Assembly: GCF_032444005.1 (NCBI RefSeq)
Contig: NC_091288.1
Span: forward strand, 215,078,001-215,142,000
DNA from: Ranitomeya imitator
Lineage: Eukaryota
DNA length: 64,000 bases
Direction: 5' to 3'
Part shown: one piece after another, positions 12,978 through 25,508 of the stretch
Numbering within the stretch: the stretch's first letter is position 1
Layout: each line of letters begins with the position of its first letter
Position numbers and translations under genes: made by a program
Notes under the pieces: generated by a model
Told to the model about the DNA's origin: nothing
The model's input: only the letters and a program-made list of their open reading frames with translations
Databases searched by the model: none

Positions 12978-13368
12978 GATTGTCACACAGCACAGAGACG
13001 GAACAATGCACCCGGGGCTGGATATGTTTACAGCAGGGAGAGGGGTTACTACGGAGACCTGGCCAGCAGATAGTCAGTGACTCCCCAGTGATGGGGAGGA
13101 GAATCACAAGGATTACAGCAACGGAGGGGACCGACTAAATAAAGGCACGGCGACGTCACCTGAACTAAGTGTAATTATACTACAGGGAAGAAAAAAGACA
13201 GACAGTGACCTGGTGCAGAACTACAACTCCCAGCATGCCCTGACAGGTTTCTGTTGGGTTGGTGACAAAAATAGCACTCGATGTAACCTCAAGAGAAAGA
13301 GTCTGACATATATGGAGGACGATATACAATATACAAGAAGAGTCATAGTGTGCCGCCGTAGCTTTATG

Positions 13369-13574
13369 GTAACTAAGCAACGATGACTTCCTGTAATAAC
13401 CAGAAACAGGAAGTGGATTGCGTTCCACACACAATTCTGCCGGGTTACCTAGGAAACACAATCACATGCTTCTAGGAACAGTCAGGAGTCCTTGGGCGGG
13501 GCTTTGTTGCTTAGCAACTAGCAGATTATTTAAAGTGACAGCACTGACATAAATCTATGCATGTAACGGGAAAC
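13369..13574. promoter_or_regulatory. Putative CCDC78 promoter with clustered RFX X-boxes and a GC box
   Basis: GTTACCTAGGAAAC 13444-13457, palindromic GTTGCTTAGCAAC 13506-13518, GTAACTAAGCAAC 13369-13381, GTAACGGGAAAC 13563-13574 and GGGCGGGG 13494-13501, located 390-600 bp 5' of the ATG of a ciliogenesis gene. Confidence 0.7.
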
Positions 13575-13724
13575 CTGACACGTAACAGGATTTGCTAGGG
13601 TTTGTAGAGACCCAATTATCAGCCATTACAGAGGGAGGCGACTGGAGACTGCAATCTATTACTCCCTGTTATCAGCCATTACTGGGGAGGGACTGTAGGA
13701 CAGGAGACTACAATTTATTACTAG

Positions 13725-15464
13725 ACCTATCAACCATGCATAAAACAAGGCGGGAGTGGAGGCACGGGCCCTCCTACTGGTGTCTTGCGGCCGAGCCGTA
13801 TAGCAGGGTGGCGGTCCTTTTTAAAATCGCAGCGGTTGAATGCAGACGATTTATCAAATTAGAATTTGGGAGATGCTTAATCCTAGTTGTCTCCATGGGG
13901 GGACAGGAGCTTCGGCTCATTAACATCTACGGTCCCCACTCCAAGTGTCTCTTCATGAAGATCAAACCTTTCTTATTTTCGAGTCGGCAGGTGGTCTTTG
14001 GAGGGGATTTCAACAACGTCACGAGACCCTGTGATAGAGGAGGTTCCGGAGACCGGCTGGCTTATGATTGCGTCGTGCTAAATAGGATAGTAAGTGGGGC
14101 ACGCCTGGTGGATGTCCACATCCGGCACAACACAGGCCACGCGGGGTTCACCTTTTTTAGAGGTAATCAGTGCAGGTCTAGGATAGACAGGTTTTATTTG
14201 AAGGAGGAGGCCGTTTCCTCGCCGTTGTCGGTTGTGGAGGTGGAGTTCTCCGATCACTGTTTGATTATGTTTTCTCTGAGCGTTACAGAGACTCCTCGGA
14301 TGGGAAGAGGTTATTGGAAGCTGAATTCGTCACACCTTGAGGAAAAAGCTGTAAGACGGTCCTTTGAGGAATTTCTTCAAATCCAGGCACCCTTGCTCGG
14401 CCTAAGTAACACTAAGTCAGAGTGGTGGGAAATGTTCAAACATCGGGTGGTGAGATTCTTCCGGCAACTCTCGAACCTCAGAAGCCTGAAGAGGGATCGC
14501 CTGTATCAGAGCCTGAGGAGGAAACTCGAGCATCTTGTCTTGACTGAAGGTAGCCGTGAGATCTCCAGTGTAAAGTTCTTACTGAAGAGGTGTCAGTATG
14601 ATAGGCACGCATCTTTGTTTTTTAGAGGGACTACCGGCAGTACTACTCGCCCGACCCTTACAGAAGCTGCAAGATGTCAGTGAATAATAAGATAGTGACA
14701 GGGCTGATGGACAGTATGGGATCCCTGAGAAGGTCCAGATCAGGGATCTTGGAGGTCGTCAGTTCATACTACTCGTACCTCTTGGGAAGGAGAGGACTGG
14801 ATGATGATAGGATGTCGGCTTTCCCGGTTGAAGCTGTTTCTGAGCCAGGGGCTGACCTCTCGCTGGGCGGTTTGGCAGAAGCAATCAAAGAGGAAGTGAG
14901 ACTGGTGATCGACGGGCTAAGGCCCAAAAAACAAATCGCCAGATCCGGATGGCTTAATATCTGAGTTGTTTAGGACCTTTAGGGACTCCTTGGTCCCCTT
15001 CTTGACTTAGGTATTTAACGACCGTCTCTCCTCAGGCACTCTGCCGAGATCATTAAGGAGGTCACTTTTGATCATTTTTTCAAAGGGTAAGGATCCGTCA
15101 CGCATTGAGAATCGGCATCCCAGATCACTTCTCAATGTGGACAGGAAGGTTTTGCCTAAGATACTTTTCTACCGGCTGGTGAAGTTTGTATCACGGCTCC
15201 TTTCGGAGGCTCAGCATTGTTGCGTTCCTGGCTGTAGCACTTTCACTGCTGTTCTAGGTGTCCGAGAGGCCGTGGAGCAAGGCAGGGTGAGCCTTTAGAA
15301 GTCGTTCTTGCTGACCCTGGGTCAGGCAAAAGCATTTGATTGGGTTGACCACGAGTACCTCTGGTCCACTCTTTTGAGGTATGGTCTGCCTGGAGGGTTT
15401 GTGAACTGGCTTAAGACCTTGTATGCAGGGGCTGAAACTTTCTCTCTGGTAAACGGGTGGATTA
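13725..15464 (+). mobile_element. 5'-truncated, decayed L1/Tx1-clade non-LTR retrotransposon ORF2 (APE endonuclease plus partial RT)
   Basis: APE motifs LINIYGP, GGDFNN, SRIDRFY, FSDHC followed by GYWKLN. Frameshifted RT motifs SLLNVDRKVLPKIL and AKAFDWVDHEYLW. Ends abruptly at a Tc1 fragment. Confidence 0.9.
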
Positions 15465-17842
15465 CCACACTGTCAAAAGTACCAATACCTGGTTTACAAA
15501 CAACAGTATCACTGGGCTTGATTGGCAGCAAACTCGCCTGACCGTAACCAGGGCTGTATTTAGAGTTTCTGCTGCCCTAGGCACTTTTAGTGCTGCCCCC
15601 CTCTCCCCCCCCCCCCCTTTGATGAGTATGACACTATCGGCAGTGACTTTGGCAAGAATCGCTGATGTGAAAGTCGCCTTTTGCAGCAGATCGGGCAGCT
15701 TTTCTGCATCTGCTGCGTAACAGATCACTTACGGCAACACTGCGTTCGGCCTCATTCATTCCCTATGGGATTTGTGGCACTTGCCGTGATCTGGCAAATG
15801 CGGTACCATACCTCCCAACTTTTGAAGGGAAAGAGGTATAAAGTTTGCGGCGCGCGTAGTGCACCGTGGCAAATTTTAGGCGACGCCTCTGACCACACCC
15901 ATTCATAATTAGTCACACCCATATCCATGTTCCAACCACAGCCATTTAGCATTGCTGATCGCACTGTTTCATATACAATAATTATAAACAAAAAAATATG
16001 GCCACACAGTGCTCCATACTGTATAGTGGCCACACATGATGCTCCATACTGTATAATGGCCACACATGATGCTCCATACTGTATAATGGCCACACATGAT
16101 GCTCCTTACTGTATAATGGCCACACATGATGCTTCATACTGAATAATGGCCCCACATGATGCTCAATACTGTATAATGGCCACACATGATGCTCCATACT
16201 GTATAATGGCAACACACAGTTCTCCATTCTGTATAATGATCCCACATGATGCTCAATACTGTACAATGGCCACACGTGATGCTCCATAGTGTATAATGGC
16301 CACACATGATGCTCCATACTGTATAATGGCCATACATGATACTCCATACTGTATAATGGCCACACATGATACTCCATACTGTATAATGGCCACACATGAT
16401 GCTCCATACTGTATAATGGCCACACATGATGCTCCATACTGTATAATGGCCACACATGATGCTCCATACTGTATAATGGCCACACATGATGCTCCATACT
16501 GTATAATGTCCCCACATGATGCTCAATACTGTATAGTGTCCCCCTCCCATCTTGTATACATGGCTCATCTCCCCCCCTCCTGTATGCATGACTCATATCC
16601 CCCCCCTCCTGTATGCATGGCTCATATTGCCCTCCACCCCCCTCCTGTATGCATGGCTCATATACCCCCTCCTCCTGTATGCATGGCTCATATCCTCCCC
16701 TCCTGTATGCATGGCTCATATCCCCCCTCTCCTGTATGCATGGCTCATATCCCCCCCTCCTCCTTTATGCATGGCTCATATTCCCCCTCCCCCTCCTGTA
16801 TGCATGGCTCATATTCCCCCCCCCCTATGCATGGCTCATCTCTCAACCCCCCGCTCCCGCTCCCATCTTGCATGGCTCGGCTTACCGTCCTCCTTCATCA
16901 CCCCCGTCCCCTGTCCCCCCGTCCCTCATACTCACCTTTCCCACACCGTGCGGCCGTGCCGAACATCCCTCTAGCTCTGTACCGACTCCTGGCGCAGCAC
17001 CTTCTTCCTGCGTGAGCGGTCATGTGGTACCGCTCATTAAGGTAATGAATATGCCCATATTCATGACCTTAATGAGCGGTACCACGTGACCGCTCACTCA
17101 GGACGAGCTGCAGATGCTGAGACTAGGCATCGCTGGAGCAGGGTGAGTATGACGTCTTCAAGGAGGGTGGCTGGGAGGCGAGTGGGCATGACGTCTTCAA
17201 GGAGGGTGGGTGGGTGTTAGGCGGGTGGGCAGCTGGGGGGCAGTCGGTCGGGAGGTGACCCAGGACTTAAATACATTAAAAATTAAAAAAAACCTTGCTC
17301 AGATGCTACCCCCGCATCGTCCCGCCCTAGGCACGTGCCCTCAAGTGGGCAAATTCGGCCCTGACCGTAACCCCACAGAGAATCTATGGGCTATTGTCAA
17401 GAGGAAGATGAGAGACACCAGACCCAACAATGCAGATGAGCTGAAGGCTGCTATCAAAGCAACCTGGGCTTCCATAACCTCTCAGCAGTGCCACAGGCTG
17501 ATCACCTCCATGCCACGCCGCATTGATGCAGAAATTGATGCAAAAGGATCCCCGACCAAGTATTGAGTGCATTTACTGAACATACATTTCAGTAGGGAAC
17601 ATTTCAGATTTTACAATCATTTTTCCAGCCGGTGTTATAAAGTATTCTAATATACTGAGATAATGTCTTTTGGGTTCTCATTGGCTGTAAGCCATAATCA
17701 TCAACATTAACAGAAATAATCACGTGAAATAGATCACTCTGTGTGTAATGTCTCTATAGAATATATGAGGTTCACTTTTTGAATTGAAGAACTGAAATAA
17801 ATTCACTTCTTGATGATATTCTAATTATGTGAAAAACACCTG
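15465..17842 (+). mobile_element. 3' remnant of a Tc1/mariner transposon, split by a hAT insertion
   Basis: Removing 15549-17371 joins HTVKSTNTWFTNNSIT..W..NSPD to (R)NPTENLWAIVKRKMRDTRPNNADELKAAIKATWASITSQQCHRLITSMPRRIDAEIDAKGSPTKY* (stop at 17566). The right end CACCTG (about 17837-17842) is followed by a TG/TA run. Confidence 0.85.
15549..17363. mobile_element. Non-autonomous hAT element with internal minisatellites
   Basis: Termini CAGGGCTG...CGGCCCTG; perfect 8-bp TSD ACCGTAAC at 15541-15548 and 17364-17371. Internal tandem arrays ATGGCCACACATGATGCTCCATACTGTATA (about 16000-16540) and CCTGTATGCATGGCTCATATCCCCC (about 16550-16830). Confidence 0.88.
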
Positions 17843-17869
17843 TGTGTGTGTATATATATATATATATAT

Positions 17870-18382
17870 TGTTTTGCATTTAGGTTTGTTGTAGGGTGAA
17901 TGTGGTGGTGTAAGGGGGTGGCTGTAAGGTGAGGCAGTGGGACCAGTAGGGTTTTGCTGTGTTTGGGGTGTTGTATAATATTCAGTTTAGTGTAATGTGT
18001 TAATATTGTATATAATATTGTATATAGGACGGTGTGAATGTAGTTTGGGGTTGTATATAGTAGTGTGAATGAAGCTGGGCCTGGGGTCTTACATTATTTT
18101 ATACGATTTATTATTTATTATTTTAGGGGGTATATTCATGTATTTATGGTTATTTTATATCTTCTCTTTTTAGTCTATATTTTATTTTTTTATTTGTTTT
18201 CTTTAATTTTATTTTAATTTTTCTTTTTTTTTCCCGTTTAGTAGGTCGAGAACTTTCCTCCATTTTTGTTTCCATTTCTGGTTTATTTCTTTGTGATTTG
18301 TGTCTGATTGGAGCTTTGTTCTTATGTTTTGTTCTGTTGTGTTTTATCCTGTAAGGTATGGTAGTGTGTTTCTATATAATAA
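17870..18382 (+). mobile_element. Probable 3' UTR/tail of the same Tx1/L1 element
   Basis: TG- and T-rich tract ending TATATAATAA. It is immediately followed by GAGACCTACAATCTATTACTCCTTGTTATCAGCCAT, a motif also present just 5' of the element (about 13645-13720). Confidence 0.4.
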
Positions 18383-19039
18383 GAGACCTACAATCTATTA
18401 CTCCTTGTTATCAGCCATGTCCTTTGGCTTTTTTGTCTTTACCCCCATGACTCGGTGGGGTGTGACGCTCTGTGTGTTTCTTCTCCCTCGGTGCAGACGG
18501 TGATACTTTCCTCGAGGTCCTCGCTCCCCGGGATATGGCCGCGGGTCCGGTCGTCCTAGAACATCGTGTTCCATCGAAATCCTGGAAATGTCCGGTGTCG
18601 TCTGCTCTTATCTGACCCCGACCTGATGTGTAAACAGCGACAAGAATCCGTTATCTGTGTCCTGAACACCCGGCCGATGGCACGGACCATCAGACCATTA
18701 CCCTCATCCCTGTATCTAAGCCTATCAGATGTGGTACTGTCCGCTGTATCAAATCCTATCAGTAGGTGCAGAGTCACCTGCCTGATGTACCCCAGTGAGG
18801 TGGGCCCTCCCATACAGCAGGTCCCATTAACCCTTTGTTATGCTCCTCCGAATGTATACCCCGTCCCCTTCTGTTGTGACGAGCGTCCAGCTCTCAGGGC
18901 AGTGACCGCGGGGCCATCACCGCACCCGGGAGGGACCGAGACACCGGCAACCACTGATCAAACAAGACCTGACCTGACGGACAGAAGGAACACGGCCAGA
19001 AAGAGCCCACCTGACCCGCAAGCTACCTTCACTCTGCAT

Positions 19040-22000
19040 CTAAGCCTATCCTGTGTGATACTGACTGCTGAGCCGTGTATCTAATCCTCTCCTGTGTGAT
19101 ACTGTCTGCTGAGCCGTGTATCTAATCCTATCCTTGTGATACTGACTGCTGAGCCGTGTATCTAATCCTATCCTGTGTGATACTGACTGCTGAACTGTGT
19201 ATCTAATCCTCTCCTGTGTGATACTGTCTGCTGAGCTGTGTATCTAATCCTATCCTGTGTGATACTGTCTGCTGAGCCATGTATCTAATCCTATCCTGTG
19301 TGATACTGTCTGCTGAGCCATGTATCTAATCCTATCCTGTGTGATACTGACTGCTGAGCTGTGTATCTAATCCTATCCTGTGTGATACTGTCTGCTGAGC
19401 CATGTATCTAATCCTATCCTGTGTGATACTGTCTGCTGAGCCATGTATCTAATCCTATCCTGTGTGATACTGTCTGCTGAGCCGTGTATCTAATCCTCTC
19501 CTGTGTGATACTGACTGCTGAGCCATGTATCTAATCCTATCCTGTGTGATACTGTCTGCTGAGCCGTGTATCTAATTCTCTCCTGTGTGATACTGTCTGC
19601 TGAGCCATGTATCTAATCCTATCCTGTGTGATACTGACTGCTGAGCCGTGTATCTAATCCTCTCCTGTGTGATACTGACTGCTGAGCCGTGTATCTAATC
19701 CTATCCTGTGTGATACTGACTGCTGAGCCGTGTATCTAATCCTATCCTGTGTGATACTGACTGCTGAGCCGTGTATCTAATCCTCTCCTGTGTGATACTG
19801 ACTGCTGAGCCGTGTATCTAATCCTATCCTGTGTGATACTGACTGCTGAGCCGTGTATCTAATCCTCTCCTGTGTGATACTGACTGCTGAGCCGTGTATC
19901 TAATCCTATCCTTGTGATACTGACTGCTGAGCCGTGTATCTAATCCTATCCTGTGTGATACTGACTGCTGAGCCGTGTATCTAATCCTCTCCTGTGATAC
20001 TGACTGCTGAGCCGTGTATCTAATCCTCTCCTGTGTGATACTGTCTGCTGAGCCGTGTATCTATTCCTATCCCGTGTGATACTGTCTGCTGAGCCGTGTA
20101 TCTAATCCTCTCCTGTGTGATACTGTCTGCTGAGCCGTGTATCTATTCCTATCCCGTGTGATACTGTCTGCTGAGCCGTGTATCTAATCCTCTCCTGTGT
20201 GATACTGACTGCTGAGCTGTGTATCTAATCCTATCCTTGTGATACTGACTGCTGAGCCGTGTATCTAATCCTATCCTGTGTGATACTGACTGCTGAACTG
20301 TGTATCTAATCCTCTCCTGTGTGATACTGTCTGCTGAGCCGTGTATCTAATCCTCTCCTGTGTGATACTGACTGCTGAGCCGTGTATCTAATCCTATCCT
20401 TGTGATACTGACTGCTGAGCCGTGTATCTAATCCTATCCTGTGTGATACTGACTGCTGAGCCGTGTATCTAATCCTCTCCTGTGATACTGACTGCTGAGC
20501 CGTGTATCTAATCCTCTCCTGTGTGATACTGTCTGCTGAGCCGTGTATCTATTCCTATCCCGTGTGATACTGTCTGCTGAGCCGTGTATCTAATCCTCTC
20601 CTGTGTGATACTGACTGCTGAGCTGTGTATCTAATCCTATCCTTGTGATACTGACTGCTGAGCCGTGTATCTAATCCTATCCTGTGTGATACTGACTGCT
20701 GAACTGTGTATCTAATCCTCTCCTGTGTGATACTGACTGCTGAGCCGTGTATCTAATCCTATCCTGTGTGATACTGACTGCTGAACTGTGTATCTAATCC
20801 TCTCCTGTGTGATACTGGCTGCTGAGCTGTGTATCTAATCCTATCCTGTGTGATACTGACTGCTGAACTGTGTATCTAATCCTCTCCTGTGTGATACTGT
20901 CTGCTGAGCTGTGTATCTAATCCTATCCTGTGTGATACTGTCTGCTGATCTGTGTATCTAATCCTCTCCTGTGTGATACTAACTGCTGAGCCGTGTATCT
21001 AATCCTATCCTGTGTGATACTGTCTGCTGATCTGTGTATCTAATCCTCTCCTGTGTGATACTGACTGCTGAGCCGTGTATCTAATCCTATCCTGTGTGAT
21101 ACTGTCTGCTGAGCCATGTATCTAATCCTCTCCTGTGTGATACTGACTGCTGAGCCGTGTATCTAATCCTATCCTATGTGATACTGACTGCTGAGCCGTG
21201 TATCTAATCCTCTCCCGTGTGATACTGACTGCTGAGCTGTGTATCTAATCCTATCCAGTGTGATACTGACTGCTGAGCCGTGTATCTAATCCTCTCCTGT
21301 GTGATACTGACTGCTGAGCTGTGTATCTATTCCTATCCCGTGTGATACTGTCTGCTGAGCCGTGTATCTAATCCTATCCTGTGTGATACTGTCTGCTGAG
21401 CCGTGTATCTATTCCTATCCCGTGTGATACTGTCTGCTGAGCCGTGTATCTAATCCTATCCTGTGTGATACTGACTGCTGAGCCGTGTATCTAATCCTAT
21501 CCTGTGTGATACTGTCTACTGAGCCATGTATCTAATCCTATCCTGTGTGATACTATCTGCAGAGCCGTGTATCTAATCCTATCCTGTGTGATACTGACTG
21601 CTGAGCCGTGTATCTAATCCTATCCTGTGTGATACTGTCTACTGAGCCATGTATCTAATCCTATCCTGTGTGATACTATCTGCAGAGCCGTGTATCTATT
21701 CCTATCCTGTGTGATACTGACTGCTGAGCCGTGTATCTAATCCTATCCTGTCTGATACTGTCTACTGAGCCGTGTATCTAATCCTATCCTGTGTGATACT
21801 GACTGCTGAGCAGTGTATCTAATCCTCTCCTGTGTGATACTATCTGCAGAGCCGTGTATCTAATCCTATCCCGTGTGATACTGTCTGCTGAGCCGTGTAT
21901 CTAATCCTCTCCTGTGTGATACTGACTGCTGAGCCGTGTATCTAATCCTCTCCTGTGTGATACTGTCAGCTGAGCCGTGTATCTAATCCTATCCCGTGTG

Positions 22001-24200
22001 ATACTGTCTGCTGAGCCGTGTATCTAATCCTCTCCTGTGTGATACTGACTGCTGAGCTGTGTATCTAATCCTGTCCTGTGTGATACTGACTGCTGAGCCG
22101 TGTATCTAATCCTCTCCTGTGTGATACTGTCAGCTGAGCCGTGTATCTAATCCTCTCCTGTGTGATACTGTCTGCTGAGCCGTGTATCTAATCCTATCCT
22201 GTGTGATACTGACTCCTGAGCCGTGTATCTAATCCTCTCCTGTGTGATACTGTCAGCTGGGCCGTGTATCTAATCCTATCCCGTGTGATACTGTCTGCTG
22301 AGCCATGTATCTAATCCTCTCCTGTGTGATACTGACTGCTGAGCCGTGTATCTAATCCTATCCTGTGTGATACTGACTGCTGAGCCATGTATCTAATCCT
22401 CTCCCGTGTGATACTGTCTGCTGAGCTGTGTATCTAATCCTATCCTGTGTGATACTGTCTACTGAGCCGTGTATCTAATCCTCTCCTGTGTGATACTGTC
22501 TGCTGAGCCGTGTATCTAATCCTCTCCTGTGTGATACTGTCTGCTGAGCTGTGTATCTAATCCTATCCTGTGTGATACTGTCTACTGAGCCATGTATCTA
22601 ATCCTCTCCTGTGTGATAGTGTCTGCTGAGCCATGTATCTAATCCTCTCCTGTGTGATACTGACTGCTGAGCCATGTATCTAATCCTCTCCTGTGTGATA
22701 CTGACTGCTGAGCCATGTATCTAATCCTCTCCTGTGTGATACTGTCTGCTGAGCTGTGTATCTAATCCCATCCTGTGTGATACTGTTTGCTGAGCCGTGT
22801 ATCTAATCCTCTCCTGTGTGATAGTGACTGCTGAGCCGTGTATCTAATCCTCTGCTGTGTGATACTGACTGCTGAGCCATGTATCTAATCCTATCCTGTG
22901 TGATACTGACTGCTGAGCCGTGTATCTAATCCTATCCTGTGTGATACTGTCTACTGAGCCATGTATCTAATCTTATCCCGTGTGACACTGTCTACTGAGC
23001 CGTGCATCTAATCCTATCCCGTGTGATACTGTCTGCTGAGCCGTGCATCTAATCCTATCCTGTGTGATACTGTCTGCTGAGCCGTGTATCTAATCCTATC
23101 CTGTGTGATACTGTCTGCTGAGCCGTGTATCTAATCCTATCCTGTGTGATACTGTCTGCTGAGCCGTGTATCTAATCCTATCCTGTGTGATACTGACTGC
23201 TGAGCCATGATTCTAATCCCATCTTGTGTGATACTGACTGCTGAGCCGTGTATCTAATCCCATCCTGTGTGATACTGTCTGCTGAGCAGTGTATCTAATC
23301 CTATCCTGTGTGATACTGTCTGCTGAGCCGTGTATCTAATCCTATCCTGTGTGATACTGTCTGCTGAGCCGTGTATCTAATCCTATCCTGTGTGATACTG
23401 TCTGCTGAGCCGTGTATCTAATCCTATCCTGTGTGATACTGACTGCTGAGCCGTGTATCTAATCCTATCCTGTGTGATACTGACTGCTGAGCCACGTATC
23501 TAATCCTATTCTGTGTGATACTGTCTGCTGAGCCGTGTATCTAATCCTATCCTGTGTGATACTGACTGCTGAGCCGTGTATCTAATCCCATCCTGTGTGA
23601 TACTGACTGCTGAGCCGTGTATCTAATCCCATCCTGTGTGATACTGTCTGCTGAGCCGTGTATCTAATCCTCTCCTGTGTGATACTGTCTGCTGAGCAGT
23701 GTATCTAATCCTCTCCTGTGTGATACTGTCTGCTGAGCAGTGTATCTAATCCCATCCTGTGTGATACTGACTGCTGAGCCGTGTATCTAATCCTATCCTG
23801 TGTGATACTGTCTGCTGAGCAGTGTATCTAATGCCATCCTGTGTGATACTGTCTGCTGAGCCGTGTATCTAATCCTATCCTGTGTGATACTGTCTGCTGA
23901 GCAGTGTATCTAATCCTATCCTGTGTGATACTGTCTGCTGAGCCGTGTATCTCATCCTATCCTGTGTGATACTGACTGCTGAGCCGTGTATCTAATCCCA
24001 TCCTGTGTGATACTGTCTGCTGAGCCGTGTATCTAATCCTACCCTGTGTGATACTGTCTGCTGAGCTGTGTATCTAATCCTATCCTGTGTGATACTGTCT
24101 GCTGAGCCGTGTATCTAATCCCATCCTGTGTGATACTGACTGCTGAGCCGTGTATCTAAGCCTTTCATGTGTGATACTGTCTGCTGAGCTATGTATCTAA
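19040..24200. repeat. 41-bp satellite array (about 125 copies), resuming at 25509-25790 after a transposon insertion
   Basis: Unit CTGTGTGATACTG(A/T)CTGCTGAGCCGTGTATCTAATCCT(A/C)TC. Confidence 0.97.
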
Positions 24201-24219
24201 TCTCATCATGTATCATACT

Positions 24220-25508
24220 CAGGGCCTCAGTACTTACAATACTTATACGTTCCTCCCGCTGCAGCGTCTTCTGACTCTGTGACATTTCAGGTGAGAGGGC
24301 GCGATGATGTGACCAGTGTGCGCCCACTGCTCTGATCACATTGCCTAGAGCCAGAACACTGCAATGTCGAGGAGTCTGGAGTAGAGCAGCGGCCAATGAG
24401 AAGTGAGTGTTTCATTTTTTTATGTTTGGAGCAATATATAGAGCTGATTATACTGTATGGCGCATTATATGGGGCCCATTATACTGTATGGAGCAATATA
24501 TGGGGCCCATTATACTGTATGGAGCAATATATGAGGCTCAATACACTGTACGGAGCAATACATGGGGCTCAATATACTGTATAGAGCAATATATGGGGCT
24601 CATTACACTGTACGGAGCAATATATGGGGCTCATTATACTGTTTGGAGCAATATATGAGGCTCAATATACTGTATGGAGCAATATATGGGGCTCATTATA
24701 CTGTATGGAGGAATATATGGGGCTCATTATACTGTATGGAGGAATATATGGGGCTCATTATACTGTATGGAGCAATATATGGGGCTCATTATACTGTATG
24801 GAGCAATATATGGGGCTCATTATACTGTACAGAGCAATATATGGGGCTCATTATACTGTATGGAGCAATATATGGGGCTCATTATACTGTACAGAGCAAT
24901 ATATGGGGCTTGTTATTCCGTATGGAGCAATATGTGGGGCTCATAATTCTGTATGCAACAATATATCGGATCCATTATACTGTATAAGAAAAGTAGTCTC
25001 CAGCGACCACAGGAGATATGATTCTTGAAACTTGACGTTTATTTATCATTATATTAAAAAGCACAGACATGCAGATATGAGCAATCCCAGTGCAGGGAAT
25101 GAATCCTACATGTTTCAACCAACACGGTCTTAATCATGGAACTATACTGTATGGAAGGCAAAGTGGGGCTCACTATACTATATAGAGAGCTATATGAGGC
25201 TCATTTTACTGTATAGAAGGCAATGTGGGGCCCATTATACTGAATGGAATATTATATGGGGCCCATTATACTGTATGGAGCAATATATGGGGCTCATTAT
25301 ACTGTATGGAGGACTATACTGTCCCGTTTCTGAGTTATTATAGAATTTAGAATAGATATCATTCATGTAATGTAAGATATGAAATCTTTGGCATCGTACT
25401 ATACCTATATATCTCTGCTGTATCTGTGTATCATGAATTGTGGTTTGTGTTAAAGGGGCCACTGAGAGTCTTTTGCCCGGGGCCCACGAAAACTTGGAGC
25501 CGGCCATG
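24220..25508. mobile_element. Non-autonomous hAT-like element with an internal 33-bp tandem repeat, inserted into the 41-bp satellite
   Basis: Ends CAGGGCC...GCCGGCCATG; degenerate flanking repeat ATCATACT/GCGATACT. Internal ATATATGGGGCTCATTATACTGTATGGAGCA units. Homologous in inverted orientation to 30795-34908. Confidence 0.7.
24986..25142 (-). mobile_element. 157-bp Penelope-type fragment carrying a degenerate minimal hammerhead
   Basis: Flanked by TATACTGTAT direct repeats (24976-24985, 25143-25152). Minus strand 25142-25101 reads GTTCC-ATGATTA-AGACC-gtgtt-GGTT-GAAA-CATG-TA-GGATTC. Confidence 0.5.

Noticed and set aside
18498-18560. GDT-containing peptide (DGDTFLEVLAP) as a possible HAGH/HAGHL exon remnant
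   Set aside because: Only three residues match GDTLFVAGCG; nothing else aligns.
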